From Candidatus Latescibacterota bacterium (lineage in GTDB: Bacteria; Latescibacterota; UBA2968; UBA8231): a DNA stretch of 64,000 bases. The stretch lies in the NCBI GenBank assembly GCA_964291625.2, contig OZ220089.1:2368001-2432000 (forward strand), written 5' to 3'. The position numbers and the translations under genes are program-made. Positions within the stretch are counted from its first letter, which is position 1, and every line of letters starts with the position of its first letter. The notes under the pieces are model-generated. The model worked only from the letters and a program-made list of their open reading frames with translations, had not been told where the DNA came from and ran no database searches. This document shows positions 46,024-53,700 of the stretch, piece after piece.

Positions 46024-47091
46024 ATGCTGCACCCGACGGACGACCTGCGCATTGCCGGGATCAAGCCGCTGATCCCGCCGGCGATCCTGATGGAGGAACT
46101 GCCGATCTCGGAGCCGGCCTCGGCCACGGTGAGCCACCGCCGCGACGAGGTCCGCGCCGCCCTCGAAGGGCGCGACGACCGACTGGTGGTGATCGCCGGT
46201 CCGTGCTCCATCCACGAGCCGGAGTCGGCCCACGAGTACGCGGAGCGCCTGACCGGGGCCGCCGGCCCCTACGCCGGCGACCTGATCGTCCTCATGCGCG
46301 TCTACTTCGAGAAGCCTCGCACCACGGTGGGGTGGAAGGGGCTGATCAACGACCCCGGTCTCGACGACACCTTCCGCATCAACGAGGGCCTGCGCACCGC
46401 CCGCAGGCTGCTCCTCGACCTGGCCGACCGAGGCCTTGGCGCCGGCACCGAGTTCCTCGACACGATCACCCCCCAGTTCATCGCCGACCTCGTCTCCTGG
46501 GGGGCGATCGGCGCCCGCACCACCGAGAGCCAGGTCCACCGCGAGCTGGCCTCGGGTCTGTCCATGCCGGTGGGCTTCAAGAACGGCACCGGCGGCAGCA
46601 CCCAGCTGGCCATCGACGCCATCAAGGCCGCCCGGGGCGCCCACCACTTCCTCTCGGTCACCAAGCAGGGGATCTCGGCGATCGTGGCCACCACCGGCAA
46701 CGACGCCTGCCACGTGATCCTGCGCGGCGCCGGCTCCGGCCCGAACTACGACCGCGCCACCGTCGACGCCCTGGCCGCGCGCCTCGACGAGGAAGATCTG
46801 CCGCACCGGGTGGTGATCGACTGCAGCCACGGCAACAGCGACAAGGACCACCTCCGGCAGGCCGCCGTCGCCGAGGAGGTGGCGGCCCAGGTCGCCGGCG
46901 GGTCGGACCACCTCTTCGGCGTCATGATGGAGAGCCACCTCGTCGAGGGCCGTCAGGACCTGGTGCCGGGGCGGACCCCGGCCTACGGACAGAGCATCAC
47001 CGACGCCTGCATGTCCTGGGAGCAGACGACGCAGATCCTGGAGCTGCTGGCCGGGGCGGTCCGCCAGCGCCGCGCCGGCCGGACCGGTTGA
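46024..47091 (+). CDS. aroG: 3-deoxy-7-phosphoheptulonate (DAHP) synthase, class I-alpha
   Basis: GPCSIH, RVYFEKPRTTVGWKGLINDP, IGARTTESQVHR and DCSHGNS motifs; the aroF/G/H isoform cannot be distinguished. Confidence 0.93.
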   Translation: MLHPTDDLRIAGIKPLIPPAILMEELPISEPASATVSHRRDEVRAALEGRDDRLVVIAGPCSIHEPESAHEYAERLTGAAGPYAGDLIVLMRVYFEKPRTTVGWKGLINDPGLDDTFRINEGLRTARRLLLDLADRGLGAGTEFLDTITPQFIADLVSWGAIGARTTESQVHRELASGLSMPVGFKNGTGGSTQLAIDAIKAARGAHHFLSVTKQGISAIVATTGNDACHVILRGAGSGPNYDRATVDALAARLDEEDLPHRVVIDCSHGNSDKDHLRQAAVAEEVAAQVAGGSDHLFGVMMESHLVEGRQDLVPGRTPAYGQSITDACMSWEQTTQILELLAGAVRQRRAGRTG

Positions 47092-48326
47092 CCGGCCCTC
47101 CGGCCGAAGGGCCGTCCAGCCCCTACCTGCAAGTGGGGCTGCTGTTCGTCTGCGAGGCCCTGACCCGCACCTCCGCCGTCATCCTGCTGACCACCATGGG
47201 CCTGGCGGGGAGCCGCCTGACGCCGGACCCCTCGCTGACGACCCTGCCCCTGGCGCTGGTGCCGGTGGCCACCACCCTGACCACGATCCCGGCCGCCCAC
47301 TGGATGCGCCGCCACGGCCGCCGGGCCGGCTTCCTCACCGGCGGCGCCCTCGGCGTGGCCGGGGCCCTGGTGGCCGCGGCGGCGGCCTGGCGCGGGGAGT
47401 TCCTGCTGCTCTGCGCCGGCGCCCTGCTCATCGGCACGGTGAACGGCTTCGCCACCTACTACCGGTTCGCCGCGGCCGAGGTCTCGCCGCCGGCCTTCCG
47501 CAGCCGCGCCATCTCGCTGGTCATGGCCGGCGGCGTAATCGCCGCCGTGGCCGGAGCGACGATGGCCGCCGAGACCCGCTTCCTCTGGGAGGGCCGCGAG
47601 TTCGCCGGCTCCTTCGGCTGCATCGTCGTCCTCCAGGCCCTGATCCTGCTGGTCATGTCCTTCACCCGCCTGCCGCCGCCGACGCCGCGCTCCGAGGCCG
47701 GAGGCGGCCGGCCCCTGACCCGCATCGCCGCCCACCCCACCTTCCGCATGGCCCTCCTCGGCGCCGTGGCCAGTTGGGGCCTCATGTCCCTGCTGATGAA
47801 CGCCACGCCCCTGTCGATGGAGCGCCACCACCACGCCTTCCACGACACGGCGCGGGTGATCCAGTGGCACGTCCTCGGCATGTACGTGCCTTCCTTCTTC
47901 ACCGGGAGCATCGTGCAGCGGCTCGGCGAGCGGCCCGTCATGTTCGCCGGCATCCTGCTCATCGGCGTCTCCGCCCTCGTCAACCTCGGCGGCACCGAGG
48001 TGGTCTGGTACATGGCCGGCCTGACCCTGCTCGGCGTCGGCTGGAACTTCCTCTTCGTCTCGTGCACCAGCCTGCTCACCGGCACCTACTCCGGCGAAGG
48101 CGAGAAGACGCGGGTGCAGTCGGCCAACGATTTCCTGATCTTTGCCACCATGATCCTGTCGTCGTTCTCGTCCGGGGCCCTGGAGGCGCGCATCGGCTGG
48201 TACCAGCTGAACCTGGCCGCCCTGGTGGCGACTGCCCTGGTGGCGGCCACCCTCGCGGGGCTGGCCTGGCGGGAGCGGCGGCTGGCCGGAGAGGAGGCGC
48301 GTCATGCGGCACCGGAACCTCGGTAA
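47088..48326 (+). CDS. MFS transporter
   Basis: TTG start overlapping the upstream TGA; about 12 TM segments; YRFAAAE, IQWHVLGMYVPSFFTG and GWNFLF motifs. Confidence 0.85.
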   Translation: MTGPPAEGPSSPYLQVGLLFVCEALTRTSAVILLTTMGLAGSRLTPDPSLTTLPLALVPVATTLTTIPAAHWMRRHGRRAGFLTGGALGVAGALVAAAAAWRGEFLLLCAGALLIGTVNGFATYYRFAAAEVSPPAFRSRAISLVMAGGVIAAVAGATMAAETRFLWEGREFAGSFGCIVVLQALILLVMSFTRLPPPTPRSEAGGGRPLTRIAAHPTFRMALLGAVASWGLMSLLMNATPLSMERHHHAFHDTARVIQWHVLGMYVPSFFTGSIVQRLGERPVMFAGILLIGVSALVNLGGTEVVWYMAGLTLLGVGWNFLFVSCTSLLTGTYSGEGEKTRVQSANDFLIFATMILSSFSSGALEARIGWYQLNLAALVATALVAATLAGLAWRERRLAGEEARHAAPEPR

Positions 48327-49209
48327 GGGCGGACCCCGCATCCCGGTGATCGGCCTGGGCGCCTGGCCGATCGGCGGCGGCATGGGAGGCGTGGACGAGG
48401 CGGAGGCGGTCCGCACGGTGCGCGGCGCCATCGACGCCGGCGTCACCCTCGTGGACACGGCCCAGGCCTACGGCCCCAGCGAGTCGATCGTCGGCCGGGC
48501 CCTGCGCGACGGCTACCGCGAGCGCTGCTTCCTGGCCACCAAGGTCAGCGGCGACTACTCCCCGGCCGGGGTGCGCGCCGCCATGGACGACTCCCTGCGC
48601 GCCCTCGGCGTCGACCACGTCGACCTCTACCAGGTGCACTCCTGGCGCGGCGAGCGGGACCCGATCGAGGAAACGATGGCCGCCATGGCCCGCCTCCAGG
48701 AGGAGGGCAAGACCCGGCACCTGGGAGTCTCCAACTTCGACGCCGCCCAGATGGAGGCCGCCCGCGCGGCCGCCCCCTTCGTCTCCTCCCAGCCGCGCTA
48801 CAGCATGCTCCACCGGGAGATCGAGGCGGCCGACCTGCCGTGGTGCGAGGCCAACGGCGTCGGCAACCTGGCCCACAGCCCCTTGGCCAAGGGTCTGCTC
48901 ACCGGCCGCTACGCCCCCGGCCACGTCTTCCCCGACGATGACGAGCGGTCGAAGTCCCCCCGCTTCCAGGGGGAGAGCTTCGCCCGCAGCTGCGCCGTGG
49001 CCGCGCGCCTGGGCGAGGTCGCCGCCGACAAGCGAATCACCCTCGTGCAGATGGCCATCGCCTGGTGCCTGCGGCAGCCGGCGGTCAGCTGCGTCCTCGT
49101 CGGCGCCAAGAGCCTCGAGCAGGTTCAGGAGCACGTGGGCGCGGCGGAGGTCTCCTTCGACGCCGGCGAGCTCGCCCGCATCGACGCGATCCTGCGGGAG
49201 GCACCCTGA
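48304..49209 (+). CDS. Aldo/keto reductase
   Basis: IGLGAW, DTAQAYG, ATK, DLYQVH, GVSNF and SPLAKGLLTG motifs. Confidence 0.93.
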   Translation: MRHRNLGKGGPRIPVIGLGAWPIGGGMGGVDEAEAVRTVRGAIDAGVTLVDTAQAYGPSESIVGRALRDGYRERCFLATKVSGDYSPAGVRAAMDDSLRALGVDHVDLYQVHSWRGERDPIEETMAAMARLQEEGKTRHLGVSNFDAAQMEAARAAAPFVSSQPRYSMLHREIEAADLPWCEANGVGNLAHSPLAKGLLTGRYAPGHVFPDDDERSKSPRFQGESFARSCAVAARLGEVAADKRITLVQMAIAWCLRQPAVSCVLVGAKSLEQVQEHVGAAEVSFDAGELARIDAILREAP

Positions 49210-49235
49210 CCTCTCCCCCCGCCAGCGACGGATCC

Positions 49236-49685
49236 GTGCGCGTCCGGTCCGCCCGCCCCGGGGACCTGGAGTCCCTGGTCGACTTCAACTGCCGCCTGGC
49301 GCGGGAGACCGAGGACCACGAGCTGGACCCGGCGACCGTGCGCCGCGGCCTCTCCAGGCTCTTCGACAACCCCGCGGCCGGGTTCTACACCGTGGCCGAG
49401 CTGGAGGGCCGCGTCGTCGGCTGCCTGCTGATCACCTTCGAGTGGTCGGACTGGCGCGACGGCTGGCTGTGGTGGATCCAGAGCGTCTACGTCGAGGCGG
49501 CCGCCCGGCGCCGGGGCGTGTTCCGGCAGCTCTTCGAGCACGTCCGCGCCAAGGCCGAGACCGACGGCGACGTGCGCGGCCTGCGGCTCTACGTGGAGCG
49601 CGAGAACGGCCGGGCCCAGGCGACCTACGCCTCCATGGGCCTCGAGGAGGCGCCCTACAAGCTCTACGAGCGGTTCTTCCCCTGA
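49236..49685 (+). CDS. GNAT N-acetyltransferase (start uncertain)
   Basis: TFEWSDWRDG.WWIQSVYV..RRRGVF and RLYVEREN..AQATY motifs. Confidence 0.85.
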   Translation: MRVRSARPGDLESLVDFNCRLARETEDHELDPATVRRGLSRLFDNPAAGFYTVAELEGRVVGCLLITFEWSDWRDGWLWWIQSVYVEAAARRRGVFRQLFEHVRAKAETDGDVRGLRLYVERENGRAQATYASMGLEEAPYKLYERFFP

Positions 49686-49744
49686 GCCCTTGCCCCCATT
49701 CAGCCCCGTCCGCTTATTCGAGAAGCTGTTCCTGCAACACAGAT

Positions 49745-49821
49745 GGCGGCGTAGCTCAGCTGGTTAGAGCATCGGAATCATAATCCGAGTGTCCGGGGTT
49801 CGAGTCCCTGCGCCGCTACCA
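49745..49821 (+). tRNA. tRNA-Met (CAT), elongator type
   Basis: Acceptor stem GGCGGCG/CGCCGCT, D arm, anticodon stem TCGGA/TCCGA with loop ATCATAA, GGTTCGAGTCC T loop, encoded CCA; lacks the initiator GGG/CCC anticodon stem. Confidence 0.95.
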
Positions 49822-49836
49822 GATGCCCTGCACCGA

Positions 49837-49876
49837 CAGGCCCCCGACGATCGACCGCCGGGGGCTTGTTGCGTTT
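49837..49876 (+). terminator. Probable rho-independent terminator after the tRNA
   Basis: CAGGCCCCCG...CGGGGGCTTG stem followed by TTGCGTTT. Confidence 0.6.
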
Positions 49877-49890
49877 CTGGCCCTGAGCCC

Positions 49891-51432
49891 ATGACCCCGC
49901 GTATACAGCGGCAGGTGGATCACCCCGGGGGCGGGGTCCGCGGCAAGGTGGCGGGCGGGGCGCTCCTGGCCCTGGCCCTTGCCGGCTGCGCCTCGGAGCC
50001 GAAACTCCCGAGCGGTCCGGACCCGGATGGGACCGGTGATCCCGTCACCCTGGCCTTCGCCGATTCGGCACTGCAGGCGGCCGTGGACGAGGCCGGGGCC
50101 GGCGCCGAGGTGGTCTCCCTGACCGCCGAGGACCGGGGCATCGCCGACCTCGGCGGGATCGAGCAGCTCACCCGGCTCGAGGCCCTGGACCTGTCCCACA
50201 ACGAAATCACCGACATCTCCCCCCTGGCCGGCCTTCGCCGCCTGCGCTTCCTCGACCTGGAGAGCAACCGCATCGAGGACGTGTCGCCGCTGGCCTCCCT
50301 GAAGCGGTTGCAGGTCCTGCTCCTGGCGGACAACGCGGTGCGGGATGTGTCGGCCCTCGCGGGTCTGGACAGCCTGCAGAGCCTGTCCTTGACCGGCAAT
50401 CCCCTGAGTGACACGGAGATGGAGGAGTTCCTAGCCGGCCTGCGCGAGCGGGGGGTGACCGTCGACTTCGAGGCTCCTGGGGCACCCGGCGCGAGCGAAG
50501 ACGGCGTCGCGCCTTTGAAGGAGACACAGTTGCTGTTCTCCTCGACGCGGGGCACGGGGTACCAGGCCCACCCCGAGCTGTTCTCCCTGGACCTGGAGAC
50601 TGGGCAGGTCGTGAACCTGTCCGCCGAGCTGGCCCTGGCACCTCTTGCAGACGGCTCGCTGCCGGAAACCGTGACGGTCCAGCTGAGCGATGGCGAGCAG
50701 CCGGCCCGGTCCCCCGACGGGTCGAGGGTGGCCTTTTCTTCGTACAGGGACCGAAACAACGAGATCTACGTAATGCGAGCCGATGGCAGCCGGCCGGAGA
50801 ACCTCACTCGGCACGAGGCACAGGACTGGGGACCTTGCTGGTCCCCCGACGGGCGCCGAATCGCCTTCACCTCGGATCGCCACGGTGAACGGGAGAGGCC
50901 CCCCGGAAGCGGCCACTACAACAGCGATGTCTTCATCATGGACGCCGACGGATCGGGCGTTCAGCAACTGACCTTCGATCCCGTGGAAGCCCGGGACCCG
51001 GCCTGGTCCCCCGACGGTCTGTCCATCGTCTACATCAGCTACCGGGATATTCCCGCCGGCCCCCCGGCGATCTACCGCATCGACCTGGCCAGCGGCGTCG
51101 ACCAGCGCCTCTCCAGCGACCATTGGGTGTCGGACCCATCCTGGTCCCCCGACGGCGCCCGAATCGCCTTTGTCAGGCAATCGGGTCTCACGAGCCACGT
51201 TTGGGTGATGGCTGCCGACGGCAGCGACGCCCGGAAGGTGACCTCCGTCGAGGCCTGGGTTTGGGGCCTCACCTGGTCCCCCGACGGCACCCGCATCGCT
51301 TACGGACGCGAGGACGACTGGGGTGACGACGTGGGATCCGACATCTACATAGTCTCGGTAGACTCCGGTGCCGAAGAGCGGATCACCGATCACCCAGGCT
51401 GGGACAACGACCCGAACTGGACACCCTTCTGA
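49891..51432 (+). CDS. Lipoprotein with internalin-like LRRs and a TolB/PD40 beta-propeller
   Basis: Lipobox LAGC; four 22-aa LRRs (LxxLxLxxNxIxDISPL); about six WSPDG repeats. Confidence 0.85.
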   Translation: MTPRIQRQVDHPGGGVRGKVAGGALLALALAGCASEPKLPSGPDPDGTGDPVTLAFADSALQAAVDEAGAGAEVVSLTAEDRGIADLGGIEQLTRLEALDLSHNEITDISPLAGLRRLRFLDLESNRIEDVSPLASLKRLQVLLLADNAVRDVSALAGLDSLQSLSLTGNPLSDTEMEEFLAGLRERGVTVDFEAPGAPGASEDGVAPLKETQLLFSSTRGTGYQAHPELFSLDLETGQVVNLSAELALAPLADGSLPETVTVQLSDGEQPARSPDGSRVAFSSYRDRNNEIYVMRADGSRPENLTRHEAQDWGPCWSPDGRRIAFTSDRHGERERPPGSGHYNSDVFIMDADGSGVQQLTFDPVEARDPAWSPDGLSIVYISYRDIPAGPPAIYRIDLASGVDQRLSSDHWVSDPSWSPDGARIAFVRQSGLTSHVWVMAADGSDARKVTSVEAWVWGLTWSPDGTRIAYGREDDWGDDVGSDIYIVSVDSGAEERITDHPGWDNDPNWTPF

Positions 51433-51442
51433 GAGGGATGCG

Positions 51443-52582
51443 ATGAAGATCACGAGAATCAAGTCGATGCGGATCCAGGGGGTGCCCTGGACCTGGACCC
51501 TGGTCAAGGTGGAGACCGACGAGGGGATCCACGGCATCGGCGAGGCGCAACTGCCCATCGGCGTGGCCGACGTCCTGCAACGAATCGAGCAGATCATCGC
51601 CGGCGAGGACCCGCGCCAGGTGGTCCCGCTGGCGCAGAAGATCTACCGGTCCCTCTCCGGCGCCGGGTCAACCGGCGGCAGCATCGTCCTCGCGCTGTCC
51701 GGCGTGGAGCTGGCCCTGTGGGATCTGCACGGCAAGATCACCGGGCTGCCCCTGTGGCAGCTGCTCGGCGGCAAGTACCGCGACCGGGTGCGGATCTACG
51801 CCGACACCGGCCGCCCCGGCGACCGGTCGCCCGAGGCCTACGGGGACGCCGTCCGCGAGCGGGTGGAGGCGGGCTACTCGGTGGTCAAAGTGGACATCGA
51901 CAACAGCGCCCCCGCGGAGTACCGGACCGATGCCCACAACCGCGCCCTCTCCCGGCGGGAGGTCGACTACATGAGCGCCGTGAGCCACGCCGCCTACGAG
52001 GCCCTGCCCGCCCACGCCGAGCTGTGCCTCGACCTGCACTGGTGCTACCAGACGGCCGACGCCCTGAGGGTGGCCCGCCGGCTGGAGGAGATCGACATCC
52101 TCTGGCTCGAGGACCCGACCCCGCCCGAGGACCTGGACGCCCTGAAGTACGTCACCGACCACACGTCGGTGCCGATCGCCTGCGGCGAGAACCACTGGAT
52201 GAGCCACGGACTGCGGCCGATGATCGAGCGCCGGGCCGCCGACATCATCACCCCCGACATCCCACGCTTCGGCGGCATCCAGGAGGCCCGCAAGGTGGCC
52301 GAGCTGTGCGAGCAGCACTACCTCGGCTTCGCCCCCCACAACATCTGCACCCCCGTGGGCACGGTCGCCTCCGCCCACGTCTGCGCCAACGCCCCCAACT
52401 TCCTCGCCCTCGAGCACCACGGCCTCGACTGCCCCTGGTGGGACGACATCGCCGCCGACTGGGGCGGACCCGTCGTCGTCGACGGCCACATCACCCTGCC
52501 GGACCGTCCGGGGATCGGGGTGGAGCTGAACGAGGAGCTGCTGCGGGCCCACCTCGCCGAGGGCGAGAGCTGGTGGGACTGA
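51443..52582 (+). CDS. Mandelate racemase/muconate lactonizing enzyme family (galactonate dehydratase-like)
   Basis: ELALWDL.GK, KVD, D.H, WLEDP, GEN and APHN motifs. Confidence 0.9.
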   Translation: MKITRIKSMRIQGVPWTWTLVKVETDEGIHGIGEAQLPIGVADVLQRIEQIIAGEDPRQVVPLAQKIYRSLSGAGSTGGSIVLALSGVELALWDLHGKITGLPLWQLLGGKYRDRVRIYADTGRPGDRSPEAYGDAVRERVEAGYSVVKVDIDNSAPAEYRTDAHNRALSRREVDYMSAVSHAAYEALPAHAELCLDLHWCYQTADALRVARRLEEIDILWLEDPTPPEDLDALKYVTDHTSVPIACGENHWMSHGLRPMIERRAADIITPDIPRFGGIQEARKVAELCEQHYLGFAPHNICTPVGTVASAHVCANAPNFLALEHHGLDCPWWDDIAADWGGPVVVDGHITLPDRPGIGVELNEELLRAHLAEGESWWD

Positions 52583-52603
52583 GGGGCTGAGGCCGCCCGG
52601 CCT

Positions 52604-53401
52604 CTACGAGTCGTCCACCCAGTGGCGGAAGAGGGGCTTCACCTTTTCCGGCAGGCCGGCGAAGACCCCGGCCGGCACCAGGGGCACCTCGTTCTCCGAC
52701 ATGCCCCCCGCGGTGAGCCGCTCGCGCTCGTCCGATGCCGGCCTCAGGGAGTCCAGGTTCAGCCACCAGGGGGCGAAGCGGATCGGCATGGCCACCCGCG
52801 GCTCACGCGTCTCGTTGGGGCTGATGGCGTGCCACAGGCGGCTGTCCATGACCAGCACCGATCCCGCCGCACCCTCCACCGGGATCTCCTCCGGATGGGG
52901 CCGGTCCGCATCGACGTCGACGCCCCCCGTGGGGTTGTCGTCCCTCCGGTGCGACCCGGGCACCACTCGGGTGCCGGTCTCGGCCGTGAAGGGGGTGAGC
53001 ATCCAGATCGTCGTCAGGTGCATCACGGCGTCGGGGTAGGGGGCCGGCACGTGGCCGGCGTTGTTCTGATTGAAGGGCCAGTCGGCGTGCCAGCCGCCGC
53101 GCGGGTTGCCCGGCCAGGTGACCATGCAGGTCGTGTAGGAGACGCGTACGTGCTCGCCCAGGAGCGCCTTGCACACCCCCATCAGGCGGGGCTCGGCCAA
53201 GTAGGGGGCGAAGGACTGATCGACGTTGATCGTGCCCGAGACCTTGTCCACGTAGCTGCGCGGATCGTCGATCTTGTGCTCCGCCACCGAGGCCCGCAGG
53301 CTGGCGCAGACCCCGCCCACGGCGCCGGCGGGGATCACCCCTTCGAGCACGCAGAACCCGTCTTCGGCGATGCGTTCCAGGTACGGCTGGATCTCTGACA
53401 T
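52604..53401 (-). CDS. Phytanoyl-CoA dioxygenase (PhyH) family Fe(II)/2OG oxygenase
   Basis: WHAD, TRVVPGSH, DSRLWH and N..R motifs. Confidence 0.9.
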   Translation of the reverse strand: MSEIQPYLERIAEDGFCVLEGVIPAGAVGGVCASLRASVAEHKIDDPRSYVDKVSGTINVDQSFAPYLAEPRLMGVCKALLGEHVRVSYTTCMVTWPGNPRGGWHADWPFNQNNAGHVPAPYPDAVMHLTTIWMLTPFTAETGTRVVPGSHRRDDNPTGGVDVDADRPHPEEIPVEGAAGSVLVMDSRLWHAISPNETREPRVAMPIRFAPWWLNLDSLRPASDERERLTAGGMSENEVPLVPAGVFAGLPEKVKPLFRHWVDDS

Positions 53402-53641
53402 GGGGATCTCCGGGAAGCTGAACGGCCGGGGCGGGTCAGCCTGACAGGATAGAAGCCCACCCGGCCGCCGGCAACGCCAGGGAAGACCGATGGCGTCCCC
53501 GTGTCGCCACGAGGCCACAAGGCCGTCACCCAGGGCACCCAACCCGGCCTTCCGCGCACACGGCCCCGGCCCGGCCTCCCGGCTGCCGATCCTCCGCCGC
53601 CGCAGGAGGTTGCGGCAACCCCACCGGGATCCCGGCGGGCA

Positions 53642-53658
53642 TGGCACGACCCCTGCTA
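53642..53658 (+). promoter_or_regulatory. Sigma54 (-24/-12) promoter
   Basis: TGGCACGACCCCTGCTA fits GG-N10-GC with a TGGCACG core; AGGAGG at 53687 and ATG 53701 downstream. Confidence 0.6.
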
Positions 53659-53700
53659 CGGCCTGCCTCCACCACCTTTCGCGGCCAGGAGGACCGTGCC

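Noticed and set aside
49745-49821. tRNA-Met as attachment site of an integrated element
   Set aside because: No integrase nearby, and no duplicated tRNA 3' end was noticed in the window.
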